NCBI GenBank assembly: GCA_964016885.1
Contig: OZ024742.1
Span: 118,110,001 to 118,174,000 of the forward strand
From: Eledone cirrhosa
Lineage: Eukaryota
Length of the DNA: 64,000 bases
Direction: 5' to 3'
This document shows positions 14,517 to 28,770 of the stretch, in pieces. Both the position numbers and the translations under genes were made by a program. Under the pieces are notes generated by a model. The model was not told the origin of the DNA, ran no database searches, and saw only the letters and a list, made by a program, of their open reading frames with translations. Position 1 is the stretch's first letter; every line of letters begins with the position of its first letter.

Positions 14517-15088
14517 GTGACTGGGTTTTTATTTTGTGTCTTTCCTTTGTTCTGTCCTACACTATCTTGTTTTTGTGTGTTATGTGTTGTGTGCTTAGTC
14601 TGTGCTTGCGTCACATCAGGATGTGTGTGTGTTTTTATTTATTTATATGTTTAGAAAACATGAGTGGAATAGCAACATCACAACTAGTAATTAAGGACAA
14701 AACAACGATATGCAGACATACACAAAAACTAAACTAACAAAACAAATCAGACACACACAGATAGAACAAACAACCAGCTACTGACAAGTAAATAAAAACA
14801 TAAATAAATAAATAAAAACACACACACACCCGGATGTAACGCCTGCACAAACTAAGCACACAACACAACACACAAAACAAGATGTTGTAGGACAGAACAA
14901 AGGAGAGACAGAAAATAAAGAGCCAGTCACTGAGGAGGTCATAGAATGTGTGCCGAAAGAGCTTTGACAATATATAAACCATCCGGTTATAGAACCAACC
15001 AACCAACTGGAGATTTATAATAAATTGAAGTGAAAACCAACAGGTGCGTGTGTTATTATTGGCAGCATGACCCTCCCAAAGTATAACA
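14517..15088 (+). mobile_element. Non-coding PLE-terminus-like insert with inverted arms and HHR
   Basis: 14517-14652 is inverted relative to about 14796-14931. HHR at 14926. Flanked by microsatellites. Confidence 0.65.
14926..14968 (+). ncRNA. Minimal type I hammerhead ribozyme
   Basis: gtca-CTGAGGA-ggtcata gaa tgtgtgcc-GAAA-gagc-TT-tgac. Confidence 0.7.
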
Positions 15089-15105
15089 ATATATATACAC
15101 ACACG

Positions 15106-15181
<76 letters not shown>

Positions 15182-15374
15182 TGGAAGCTTAGTAAAATCG
15201 AAGCTTTGGCTGTAGCCAAGCAATGTCGGCCTACAATAAGGAATGAGTAGCAAAGCACTCAATAAGGGTAGATCCTTAGAGTAGTAACATACGTTTAAAT
15301 ATCTTGACAAATTAAAAATTGCGGTAGGCAAAACCCAACCATACAATACCAAAACAACGAAAGAACTGATCAGG

Positions 15375-15435
<61 letters not shown>

Positions 15436-15663
15436 TACAGCATAGACGAAGCTCTAGTATATGGCTAAGCTAGCGTGTATGCTTATTTGGTTTGTAACTT
15501 TAGCACTCTTATGAGGTAAGACCCCAGAGTATAACATTATGTTCAGACAGCTTAGCAAATTAGATATAGCAGTCGGCAGTCCGACCGCATCACTAGAGCA
15601 ACGAAAATACAGGACCCAGGTAAAGATTTTTTACTGACCTGGACATAACGCTGAGGCTGGGTG

Positions 15664-15699
<36 letters not shown>

Positions 15700-15700
<1 letters not shown>

Positions 15701-15885
15701 TTGTTTCTACTTTTGGCACAAGGCCAGCAATTATCCCAGTGTATTACTGGTACTTTATTTTATCGACCCCGTAAGGATGAAAGGCAAAGTTAACCTCAGC
15801 GGGATTTGAACTCAGACTATAAAGGGCCGTAACTCTTTAATGCAAAGCATGGCGTCCGATCTTCTACCGATACTGCCAATCCACT
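15700..15885 (-). mobile_element. tRNA-derived SINE
   Basis: Near full-length copy of the 28572 family. Confidence 0.85.
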
Positions 15886-17470
15886 ATTGCTGGTTAAAAA
15901 TACGCGCGCCTTCCACGTGTAAAACATTTTTCATTCTTCCTTTCTTACACTCGTCTATCCTGTTATTTATTTTTCTATTTCTCATTCTATCTTCCGATGA
16001 AGGACTAACGACATAGCGAACGTTAAACTAATACATATCATGATTGTACTCCATTGTTGTATTGTATTGTTCGTCTGTGTTGATGTCCTCGAGACTTTCA
16101 GCACACACACACTCACACGTGCCGGCATGCGCATTGAGTTAGATAGACATAACTATTTTGTAATAGATTCAATAAGGAAAACCTTCTCGCATCCATGCAT
16201 ACACACACATACATACACACACATGTGGAAGAAATCTGAACACCTTCATCCTCTCTACATAATATTGGCCTTGTTTTTTTTTGTGATAAAATAGTTGGTT
16301 ATGTGTTTCGATAACACTCGAATATAAGTACACACACACTAACCTGAAGCTTGATACGTAATAACTTCTTGTGGCAGTGTTGTTGGGGTGGACATGTGTC
16401 TGGGCGTTTGGAGATAATTGGGACTGATTTAGAAGGTTAGTGTGCTGATGTATCTTAACTCTGCTCTTTATTAGATTGGGCAGTTTTATATTTGTATTCA
16501 TTTTTTTCATTGCATAACCTTTTATAATTGTTGTATAACCTCAGGTCTCCCGTAATTGAGTAGATCTATGATCAATAGTATTCTAGTTCACATGGCTAAA
16601 TGTTCCAGGAGTTTTTGCCTGGCTATAATTAAATACCTGGTTCGATTCTACTGAATTACATATTGAGTAAGTGTTACCACAGCCTCGGTTGGATCTATGC
16701 CTTGTGAATGAAAATTGGTAGGCAGAAACTCTTCGAAACCACATCAGAGAGACTATATCTATAATTTAAAGGGAGAACCTTTCCAAACATTGAGTACATA
16801 GGTCTGTGAAGTGCATGGACGAAAGTCTATTCCATCCCAGAGTTCTATTCATACCTAAGGCTAACAAGTCCAATATATCCTTCCTGTTATTTGGCCGTTA
16901 TATCCAGCAGGTCGGTTTGTGTTGTTTTGAGGAGATATAGGACGCCCAGACATCTTCATAGGAGTTGATGTACAAGAGGTGACACAAAATGTTGGGTAAT
17001 TGAAGATTAGGGGACACCAGAGTTAGTAGAATATCAAATAGAAGGGATGATTTTGACCAACACCTGCTGCGATGATGAGATCTGACTGAAAAACCTGTTT
17101 AAGCGACCAGAAACGAATTGGCGGACAGATTAATCAGAAGCTTCTCGTGCCAACAATGTCAAAGGTTATGCTCTTGTCAACTGCCACAGCATTGTTTTCA
17201 CCGAATTTCTCAAGGCTAGGTGACAACAACCTACAGGCATCAGACTGGAGGAGTGATATAGGATATAGGATAAAATAGTGGTCAATATAGTTGGCTCCAC
17301 TGAAATCTAGCTTTAATAACTAAAGATGGAGAGAAATTAAATGTTTTGGAGAATGTGGCTGCTCATGATTGTTTCCATCATATTTGAGATAATGAAAGAG
17401 AAAGTGATATCTAGATAGTTGGCAGAATCACAAGGATAGTCTGTCTTGGGAATAAGATAAATTGTAGCAT

Positions 17471-17527
<57 letters not shown>

Positions 17528-17562
17528 CATCTTATATATATATATATATATATATATAGCAT

Positions 17563-17631
<69 letters not shown>

Positions 17632-17668
17632 CATCTTATATATATATATATATATTAATATATAGCAT

Positions 17669-17751
<83 letters not shown>

Positions 17752-17752
17752 T

Positions 17753-17854
<102 letters not shown>

Positions 17855-17875
17855 ATGCTATATATATATATATAC

Positions 17876-18013
<138 letters not shown>

Positions 18014-20550
18014 GGTGCTAATATGATTCACTATTAAGTTTGATATATATATATATAGGTGGCGCTATTAAGTTTGACATGGCCTGGGCCGATACAAGCC
18101 GAAACCTACCAAATTTATATATATATATATATATATATATGGGTGTGCGCGCGCGCCTGTGTGTGTACATATATTGAAGTGAGAAGTGTTTGTAGAAGAG
18201 AGAAGCCAACTCAGGTCTTATTTGAATGTAAGGGATTGGATGTCTTTTCGCTTTTGGCCTTCTTGTTTTCGGTTGGTGAGACAGGCTGAGTCGAGTAGAT
18301 GTCTCGTTTGACTCTTTCCAAGTGTGTTCAGTATGAAATATTTCTCCCAGGAAGTGGTCTTTGTGGGGCTATTAAATATTTCGCAAATTTAGTTGAGGTA
18401 CTTTTTAACAAGGAACCAAAATGGCCGGCTACATTTATAGAGAAGATTGTATTTGCAAGCTATGAGATGCACGAAAGCATGTCTTTCTTTGTGGATTTGA
18501 GTCTTGAAGGGGGTGTGGTAGTGGGTAAAAAATACACAATTCCTAAGAGTATGTAAACTTTTCCGTGCATGTGTATTGCAACAATGTTTTGCAACAATGG
18601 AGCTAAGTATAAAAAGCATGTTGATTTGTGTTTATAGATTTAGATCTATAAGAAATATGAAAGTCATGCGTAAGTGGGTAGCTTCATTCATATACTTAGC
18701 TATTCTGGATGGGTAAACGATGAAACAGATGCATGCACACATGATCCCGTAACTTGTGAGGGAGTCGTAGGAGTGCCCTATTGATATACGGCGCTTCTAT
18801 GATATTTTAAAACCTGGCGGAACCCAATCCTTTCCAGGTCTGAATGCAGCAGATTTCCTCAAGGAAAGGAAGTAAGAAAGAGATATAGAGGAAGAATCGA
18901 CCCCAGTAATAGACTGGTACTTTTTTATCGACCTCGAATGGATGAAAGGCAAAGTTGACCTCGGCGGGATTTGAACTCAGAGAGAAGAGAGTCGAAACAA
19001 ATACCGCAAAGCATTCTATCCGATTCGACCAATTTGCCGTCTGATAAAGCAGATAATGTAAAAGTATAAAAGTGGCAGAGTTTCAGAGAGTCAGCTATCT
19101 TGTCATAGATTTTGGAAGATGAGGAGTGTTGCGCAATATGTTGATGTGTAGCTGTTGGTCATGGTTATGCAATAATAACTGTTTTGATATCAAGTATGGG
19201 TTTTCATGATTGGAAAGTATTCGACTTCTGCATCAGCAATACTTGTATGGAAAAACTATCAAGAAGAAATGTAAACATTGAAGGCTTTAAGCAGGATGTA
19301 TAAAAGCTGAGTGAATTAAATTGATGTCTTTGATGTAGGGTGACATTTTGTCAAACACTTATTGGTGGCTATAGGAGTTTGGTTAGCAATATAGGCAGCA
19401 GATAAATATAGCGAACGGAATAAATTCAAGTCCTTGTTTCTGATATCCAAATAAAAAGACACAAGTATTAGGGGAAAGGGTATTTTATATATAATCAGAC
19501 TCAGCCTTTCAGATTGATGTTTGACTATAGAATATAACCCAAACAGCAGAAATTTGCTAAATAAGGTGAGAGAGAGAATCGGAATATGTGGTTTGAATGT
19601 TAACCCAAAGTGATGGTGGAACTTAAATTTAACATAAAACCACTTTAATATTATGGTCTTCTTTTGTGTTAACTGTATTGCATTTGCACTAAGATGTCTT
19701 ATGTGAATTGAAATATCCACCAATGTTGACACTCAAGAGTATGTCGCATTTGGAATATGTAACATGGTGGATGAAGGTAAAGTTAGAGGTACTGTGTATA
19801 TGCTTTTATATTATTGTTTCCTGGTGCTATTTTTATTTTGAATACTTGCATCTCTAGTATGTTTTCTTGCACTATTAGTGCTCATGTATTGTTTCTCATA
19901 TCTATGCATTGGATGCAAGCTTTTATGTATTTTATAAAGCTACTAGCACAACAGATTGGCCTGTTTTTAATTTTCTATATATAAAATTAAAATTGAGGGG
20001 CTCTGTGTCAGAATTGTATCATTGTCTCTTGTATTACAATGTGAATTCGTGAGGGGTGAAGTTACAAAATGATCGTTTTCAGGCTGTAAGTCTGACAAAG
20101 AATATACAGCAGTAACCAAATAACTAGTGTATATCACGTAACTATAATAAATGGAAAGCTAAACATACTGTATGGTTACGCTGTGCAATTTTTGTGTTGG
20201 GTGCTTGGAGTTTCGTATGCTTGCTTTTGTAAATATTATATTACCATCTAAAGTAACATCGTTTTTAGAGCTGAAGATTTTTTATAGATAGATAAAGGCT
20301 TTTATCAGCATATAAAAACTGTTTTCGATTTTCTGGGTAATGTTTTATTTCAATGTATTTATGTTGCTTTGTATTTTATGATGTTATGTTAGAATTTTGT
20401 ACTGAGATGCTCCAACACACACACACACACACACACACACATAATCACACCCACATGCACACACAAATACACACAAAAACACACATACATACATGCATGC
20501 ATACATACATACGTACATACATACATACATGCATACATACATACATATAT

Positions 20551-21005
20551 GGTGGCTGCCAACTCGTTTTCGAGTGCGGCCACTACTTTATATCCATGTA
20601 GGAGAACCCCTACCAATGCGCTGAACGAGTGTGACATTTTAGTCCAGCCAGCGACTTGAAAACTCTGGTACAAACACTACACTTGTGACAATTATTGACA
20701 CATAGTGCTGGGCCCATGGTACCATGTGACAAGTGCAGAGTGATCTCCAGATATAAAGCAATACCTGTGCCGTGAAGCTTTTATAGTGAGCAAAGGCACT
20801 GCACAAAGCCAGTCCCACTCTCTTAACCAAGATGATATTTACCAAAAAGAAGAACAAGTCAACATCATTGGATACCATCAGGGTTGCAGGTGTTATATCA
20901 GAGTTTTCCTTCTCTTAGAATTCTGCCTTGACAAAGGCTAAGGGGTCATCTCTCCCGGTGATTTTGGATGGCCATTGACTCTTAGGAGCTCCTTTGCCTT
21001 TTGAC
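20551..21005 (-). mobile_element. Non-autonomous RTE-derived element
   Basis: Minus strand has an RTE 5'UTR-like AGAAGGAAAACTCTGA motif, a 3' C2H2 remnant (HKCSVCTRVFKSLAGLKCHTRSAH), a CTCG-AAAA-CGAG stem and an (ATGT)n tail. Second copy at 39831; diverged copy at 21036-21414. Confidence 0.75.
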
Positions 21006-22092
21006 ATACATATATACATACATATATACATACATGATGGCTGCAACTCGATTTCGAGTAATGCCATCGCTTGATACTTAATCATGAGCATCACGGGCGT
21101 GGCTTTTTAATCCTGCTAGGGGCTTGCCTATGGCCAGCCATGTCATGCATCACAAAAACATCACATATCAAGCAATGCTTGTGCTTGAAACTTTTTGGGG
21201 TTAGGAAAGGCTTTGCACAGGGCTAACCCCACTCTCTGAACATCGAATGCATTTGCCCGAAAAGAAGAATTGGTCTACATCATTAGATGCACGTTTTGTA
21301 TCAGAGTAACCTTCCCCTAGAGAGATGTCTTAATGAAGACTTGAAGTCTCTCGCTCAACAACAAAATCTTTGTTCAATGGCCATTGATTCTCCTAAGTTT
21401 CTCTGCCTTTTGACGCTGTTTTTCATCCCGCAGGGTGTCCAAATTCACCCTCCTTGGTGTGTGTGTGTGTGTGTTTATATGTGTGTATGTTGGTGGGGTT
21501 GCCGTTTTAGTTGCTGACGAACCGACCATGCACAGATTGTACTGTTACATGTTCCCAGTAGCACTGAAGAGCGACATGACATACATACATAATACATACA
21601 TACATACATACATACATACATACATACATACATACATACATACATACATACATACATACATACATACATACATACACGACAGGCGTCTGCAGTTTCCGTC
21701 CACGAAATTCCACTCACACGCCATTGGTCAACCCCGAGGTTATAGTAGAAGAGACTTGCTCAAGGATGCGGCCGTTCATTTCGGTCACTGCCTTCGTAGC
21801 CTCCTCGGGGATGAGATGCAAACGAAACCAAACCCTCCACTGTTGGTCATAACTCTAGCACTAGTGATGGTACAGTGACAGAACCAGAGCTTTCGAAGAG
21901 AAATCCTTAACCATACAGTCATGCTCGGGTCAATAATGTATCATCAATTATTAAAACTTAAAGAACAAGTTTTTTATTTATATTGAAGAGAAAATTTGAA
22001 ATTGAAGCTTATTAAATTACATTAGCAATAGCTGTAACACTAACACTTGTTGATTCTGTTAACACTATAATTATTATTGTTGTTATTGCCAT

Positions 22093-22443
22093 AGGGCGGT
22101 GGATTGGCATAATCGGTAGAGCGTCGGACAGCATGCTTCGTGACATAAAGTTACGGCTCTTAACGTTCTGAGTTCAAATCCCGCCGAGGTCAGTTTTTCC
22201 TTTCATCCTTATGGGTTCGATATATAAAGTACCAGTAATGCACTGAAGTCGATTTAATCTACTTTCCCCTCCCCTTCAAATTCCTGGCCTTGTGCGTGAA
22301 GTAGAAAGAATTTTTGTTGTTATTGTTAGAAAGTCTATTCAAATATTTTGGCACAAGGCCATCAATTACCCAGTACATTACTGGTACTTTATTTTATCGA
22401 CCCCGTAAGGATGAAAGGCAAAGTTAACCTCGGTGGGATTGAA
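22093..22443. mobile_element. Two SINE copies, tail to tail
   Basis: Plus-strand copy 22093-22310 and minus-strand partial copy 22345-22443 of the same family. Confidence 0.8.
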
Positions 22444-23320
22444 ATATTGCTACCCGATGATGTGGGAGAGCGTTCTCATTGTGCAGAACTCCAGGAGCAA
22501 ACCGTCTCGACTCCACCACTCACCGAAAGTCTCCACCACTACAAGTTCAATATTTTGTGCCATTGCGATTATTTTGAAACGATTAGATAGGACTTTTTAT
22601 CGTGTCTGGACCCATTCTTATTCATTCCTTAAATTTAATTCAATAATTTCTCTTTCTTCGGTTATTTGAAAGAGCCTACATTGTCTTCGTGTGGAAACCA
22701 TTTATCATATATTATCCATATTTTCCTAGGCATTTAATCAATGAATTAGAAATTAATTGTATGGTAATCCCCATTGGTATCCAGTAATGAATCTATCGTA
22801 ACTACCTGTCAATTTTCTGTTTCAGTCACTGTTCTAATTACCTTAATTTTATTGTGAAGTTAATTGCATTTGAATTATTGGACTCTTTGGTTGATATTCC
22901 GTATCAAAGAATGTTCCATATCAAAGTAAATTGATTTTAGAACAATTTAAGTCTGTTGTTAATTTCCTTCTAAATTTTCGCTATAATTATATATTCGATG
23001 TTAACTATTTCTTTGTCTTCATAAAACATAGATGAGCTGACATAATATTTTGTATAGAATTTTAAAATTATAATTTGTATTTTATATTAATTTACATTTT
23101 TATCTCGAACTTTTACATGGAAGCATAAATCTGTAAAATATGTGTGCATAAATTTAAAGGGTTATTGGTTATTATGTTTTGCTAGCAAATGTATACAGCT
23201 GTCCATAGAAACGTAGGCGTAAGAGGCATTTAAGTATAGATTTGTAATCATAGTTCACACACTCACAGTCACACATTTGTACATTATAAAAAAATATAAA
23301 TATATACTATCGGTATTTTT

Positions 23321-23361
<41 letters not shown>

Positions 23362-23395
23362 TACACACACACACACTCACACTCACACACACACG

Positions 23396-23445
<50 letters not shown>

Positions 23446-23476
23446 TGTGTGCAAAAATATGGATAGTATATATATA

Positions 23477-23508
<32 letters not shown>

Positions 23509-23549
23509 TCTATTAATATGCTGTCTGAAACCAATGTGTACGTACGCAT

Positions 23550-23607
<58 letters not shown>

Positions 23608-23662
23608 AGAAAAAATGGAGAAAAAATTTACAAAATGGAAATGCGGGTATATAGAATTTATT

Positions 23663-23779
23663 AGGTAACAATTGTTTCTATAGTGTATGAGTTACCTATA
23701 CCTCGCTATTTGAATAATACACAAATATTATCAAAAACCGAAAGTACACTGTAAGTCAACACACCATGTCATCAGACCT
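23663..23779 (-). ncRNA. Type I hammerhead, extended stem II (mirror copy)
   Basis: Reverse complement of 25555-25671 with the core intact. Confidence 0.75.
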
Positions 23780-25554
23780 TTGTATTAGAATGATATGAAA
23801 ATATTTTATACACTAGATAAAAGATAAAGAAGGAGGTAGGAAGAGAAGGGGAAGAGGGAAGTGAGTAAGGTGGAGGGAGTCTTAGGGTTTAAGACTGTCA
23901 GACTAGTAGAGATTGTGAAGAGAGAATGTTTTGGCAGCAGTTAGCTTAATGAGGCGTGCTAAGGTTGGCTGGGAAGTAGATACTTCTAGTGGTGTTGTTC
24001 GGACAAAATTTAGTTAGAGGGGTCAAAGTGGTACAATGTCACAGACAAGTTATTAGGGCTATTATAGTAGCAGGTTATTTCTAAAGGGGTCCAGAAAAAC
24101 AGTGTTTAGTACTATTATTATAGAAAGCCATATCTAGTGTATAAACATATAAGACAGAAATTTGCAAACGTTGGTGTAAAAAGGTAACATTATATGTATT
24201 TAAAAAAAGAAAAAGTCGTTTTCAAACGATGGTTACAGTATAGAGAACGTTCAATTTTGCTGTTCAAAAGTTTGTTTACCGACGTTAAAATGCAGTATAT
24301 CTCTAAATTGCATAACTTGCAGAATCGATGATTTTGCTGATATGCAGGCGCAGCTGCAATAATTTGCCAATCAAGGGAGAACGCTTGATTGTTCTTCCGA
24401 AGCTGCCAGGCTTTATCGGAGAGGGTTGTTACGGAGCGCATTTTCTCGTGCCTGATCGAAGATCGATGTTGGTATAGGCGAGCCTTGAAAGAAGTTGCGG
24501 TACATCCGACGTAATACCATTTGTTGGTCCCGGAATTAATTGTACACCGGTAGACAATATTGCGTGCTAGGCACTGGTTATTCAGTGGGCACGTACCTGG
24601 TTTGGTGCAGTTACAACTATTTTTATGTTTTGCAGTAGAATCCTGGATAGTTTGGTGGGGTTGTGGTTGCGTGTTAGTGCGTTGCATGTTGCTATGCTGG
24701 TGCGCTGAGTCATTAGGGATGTACTTATTCAGTATTGCTGAGTTGAGTTTTCTAATTAGTTGTTCTATGTTAGGTATTGTCTACCGGTGTACAATTAATT
24801 CCGGGACCAACAAATGGTATTACGTCGGATGTACCGCAACTTCTTTCAAGGCTCGCCTATACCAACATCGATCTTCGATCAGGCACGAGAAAATGCGCTC
24901 CGTAACAACCCTCGCCGATAAAGCCTGGCAGCTTCGGAAGAACAATCAAGCGTTCTCCCTTGATTGGCAAATTATTGCAGCTGCGCCTGCATATCAGCAA
25001 AATCATCGATTCTGCAAGTTATGCAATTTAGAGATATACTGCATTTTAACGTCGGTAAACAAACTTTTGAACAGCAAAATTGAACGTTCTCTATACTGTA
25101 ACCATCGTTTGAAAACGACTTTTTCTTTTTTTAAATGCATATAATGTTACCTTTTTACACCAACGTTTGCAAATTTCTGTCTTATATGTTTATACACTAG
25201 ATATGGCTTTCTATAATAATAGTACTAAACACTGTTTTTCTGGACCCCTTTAGAAATAACCTGCTACTATAATAGCCCTAATAACTTGTCTGTGACATTG
25301 TACCACTTTGACCCCTCTAACTAAATTTTGTCCGAACAACACCACTAGAAGTATCTACTTCCCAGCCAATCTTAGCACGCCTCATTAAGCTAACTGCTGC
25401 CAAAACATTCTCTCTTCACAATCTCTACTAGTCTGACAGTCTTAAACCCTAAGACTCCCTCCACCTTATTCACTTCCCTCTTCCTCTTCTCTTCCTACCT
25501 CCTTCTTTATCTTTTATCTAGTGTATAAAATATTTTCATATCATTCTAATACAA

Positions 25555-25671
25555 AGGTCTGATGACATGGTGTGTTGACTTACAGTGTACTTTCGGTTTT
25601 TGATAATATTTGTGTATTATTCAAATAGCGAGGTATAGGTAACTCATACACTATAGAAACAATTGTTACCT
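25555..25671 (+). ncRNA. Type I hammerhead ribozyme with 90-nt stem II region
   Basis: aggt-CTGATGA-[c atggtgtg t tga c ttac...gtaa c tca tacactat a]-GAAA-caattg-TT-acct. Confidence 0.78.
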
Positions 25672-25831
25672 AATAAATTCTATATACCCGCATTTCCATT
25701 TCGTAAACTTTTTCTCCATATTTTCTCCGGATTTTAAAACACACTTTATTATACGTTGAGCAATCTCTGACGTCAGTTGACTCCATCCAATGCAACTACT
25801 TAGTAACATTGGAATACAAATTATCTAATTT

Positions 25832-25978
<147 letters not shown>

Positions 25979-26536
25979 GTGTTGTGGGTGTGCGTGTATG
26001 ATTGGAGTTGTATATTGAATCATATACGGAATGTTCTTGTAAATAAACATTTTTGCAGTGCTGGATTTCACCAATGGTCTATATCCACAGATCTTTCATT
26101 GTGTAGCTTTGTGTGTGTGTGTATATGCATTTAATGGATTGCCAAATAAAGGTTGATCAAATATCTGATGATATTGCTTATATAGCACCAAGTGGGTGTA
26201 TTTTTATATCCCAAAGGTATGTGCTTCTCTCTCTAATTTGCTTGCTTCCAATCTTCCCTTAATTATATATATTTACTTTAAATACGCCTTCTAATATTAA
26301 AGGTTCTTCTATATTACTTCAAAATTAAATTCAATATTCAGAGATTTCAGTGTACCGGAATTGATTGTATTTTTTCTTTTAAAAATCTAAAGAGAAAATG
26401 CGACAAAAACTGTACAAAATAAATGGCAATAAAGAAACAAAGAAGGAAAAGAAGAAAAAGAAAAAAAGAAATTAAACAACGAAAGATAGGGAAAATGGGA
26501 ACCATAGACTTTATACCCTAATCTGAGTGATATGTT

Positions 26537-26725
26537 TCAGTTGTGTCCCTCGGACAAAAATGGCAAAGGCATTGCCACGGAGAATGGCCAGCGATACCCA
26601 CTGTAGCAGCTACTCCAAGCCAGGGTTGCTATCTTTCCAATTTTACGGAGCAAAACAGTAGTTCCGGGACCGAGGGCACCTGAGGTCTCCACGGTGACCG
26701 CCGCGAAAGGGAAATGGTCGGTTGA
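26537..26725 (-). pseudogene. REL endonuclease fragment of a CRE-like non-LTR element
   Basis: FAAVTVETSGALGPGTTVLLRKIG, then after a frameshift LLQWVSLAILRGNAFAI. Matches the VETxGxxG...QRxSxAxQRGNA pattern. Confidence 0.65.
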
Positions 26726-27809
26726 ACATTTGCTACATATGAACAGCCACAAACAAAATGTCAATCACTTTGTAAAATGTATCTAATGTTCTAATCGAGC
26801 CAACTTGCCATTTATGTCTAACCATATTTTTTAAATGTTTAGTCAAGTGGAAAGGAAGTTCCTATGAATCTTTTCAGAGCATCCAATACTGGTGGCGGGG
26901 ATCATCCTTAAACCAGAAATCTGACTCGAATGCTTACACTAGATAGACACCACAAACGGTACCCAAGGCCCAGATGATAGTGTGGATTGAATCTACCATC
27001 TAAGTAGGCCAGGACAGAATTTGAACTCAGTGTAAGAATGAATGCTGCAAAACTTTCTAGCGATTCCGCTAGTTCACCAGCCTAAATGGAAACTTTATTT
27101 ATTGTCCTCGGATGGATAAAAGCTAAAGTTGATCTGGGTGAGATTTGAACTCAGAAAGTAAGGGATCTGAATAAATACAGGTATAGTGACTTTAGGATGG
27201 TAGAGCTACTGTGCCTACCAGGACGGGCGATTGCGTAGAAGTTACTTTGTAGACTCGTAAATATTTCAGTCACTCTGATTTATGAGGTTCATATCACTAT
27301 ATCTTATATGAAAGTAAACAGCACTCCACTCTAGGTCTTGGTTTTCTTGTTTTGAGGAAATTAAAGTAAAATATTCTTTGTCTTATACATGCGTCTATAA
27401 ATATATATAATATATATAACATTATAACCAATAATTTCTAACACGTTCCAAACCATGTTACGTTTGAGCCACCTTCTTGTCTTAATTTATGCAATAAATG
27501 TTTTACTAGCAGAAGTATCACATTTCCTTTCTTCAGATAATTCGTGCTTCAGCAAAACACGGAGAGATAACCGTTCCAAGTGTCTATAATATCTTCTATC
27601 ATTTAATAATTCTTTCTAACATTGGCAGAAGGCCAGCAATTTGGAGAAAGGAGCAAGTCGGTTATATCGACCCTAGTACCTAGCTGGTATTTTATTTTGG
27701 GGATATTAGGGTGGAGTTTAAATCCTTGGAGATTTACGTGATGAATCCAGCATGTTCTCATTGCGCTATTGTGTTGTAGTTGTTGTAGTAGCATCAGCGT
27801 ATTATTATT

Positions 27810-28333
27810 GAGTCAATTGTGCTTTAAAGAGGAGGAAGGGCAAGCAGTTTTCATCTGCTTGGTGGCTATGGCGAAAAAGATTGTATGGTGGACATGGTTG
27901 AAAGGATTGAAGACGGACACTTTGCACTTCGGCGAATCTCTGATTAACTTTTTCAAATTTCATTTGAAGAGGAAAATCAAGGTGGAGAGGCAAGTGCTGT
28001 CTTCTAGGAAGTTTGTTGAAAAGTGGGTGAAAGTGGCGAGTCTGATCAGAGTGAACGGGCCCGTTCTGAGTATGCGCCTGCAGACTGAGGAGTGGGAGAA
28101 CTGAGAGAGGGCGCTTGTCCTGGTGGTCAGGGTGTCCGTGGTCGTTTGTGTGGTTTTCGCCACGAGTGACCCTTGGAGGTTTCTCCCCTAGTGGGGAATT
28201 TTTGTTATTTGAAATTTGTTTATTTGTTTTACAAATATCTATCTTCTTATAATCTTTTTGTATTGTCTTGTACTGTTCTGTGCCGTCTCTAATGTTTTTC
28301 TTCATGTTAGCCCTTGTGGCCAATAAAGAAACC
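27810..28333 (+). mobile_element. 5'-truncated Tx1-like LINE 3' end
   Basis: Paralogous to 31660-32160 (EGQAVFICLVAMAK...FKFHL). Ends in GCCAATAAA plus (TTA)n. Confidence 0.75.
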
Positions 28334-28346
28334 ATTATTATTATTA

Positions 28347-28760
28347 GGGCGGTGGATTGGCAGTATCGGTAGAGCGTTAAACACTATGCTATGCAGAAGA
28401 GTTACGCCCCCTTATGTTCTGAGTTCAAATCCCGCCGAGGCTAACTTTGCCTTTCATCCTTACGAGGTCGATAAAATAAGGTACCAGTCACGAACTGAAG
28501 TCGATTTACTCGACTTTCCCTTCTCCCTAAAATTGCTGGCCTTGTGCTTATATAAGAAACCAATATTTTAAGGGCGGTAGATTGGCAGTATCGGTAGAGG
28601 GTCGGACGCCATGCTTTGCAGCAAAGAGTTACGGTCCTTTATGGTCTGAGTTCAAATCCCGCCGAGGTTAACTTTGCCTTTCATCCTTACAGGGTCGATA
28701 AAATAAAGTACCAGTAATACACTGGGTATTTGCTGGCCTTGTGCCAAAAGTAGAAACAAT
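28347..28760 (+). mobile_element. Two tandem full-length tRNA-derived SINEs (long and short variant)
   Basis: Head with A box TGGCAGTATCGG and B box GAGTTCAAATCC, central GCCTTTCATCCTTACGGGGTCGATAAAATAAAGTACCAG, and an (ATT)n tail. Confidence 0.88.
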
Positions 28761-28770
28761 TATTATTATT

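Noticed and set aside
24560-24775. N-terminus of the 194-aa plus-strand ORF
   Set aside because: It is the antisense of the minus-strand PLE frame, fused at the inversion junction.
28572-28665. SINE heads as tRNA genes
   Set aside because: A and B boxes are present, but there is no convincing cloverleaf, and the heads are always joined to the SINE body and multi-copy.
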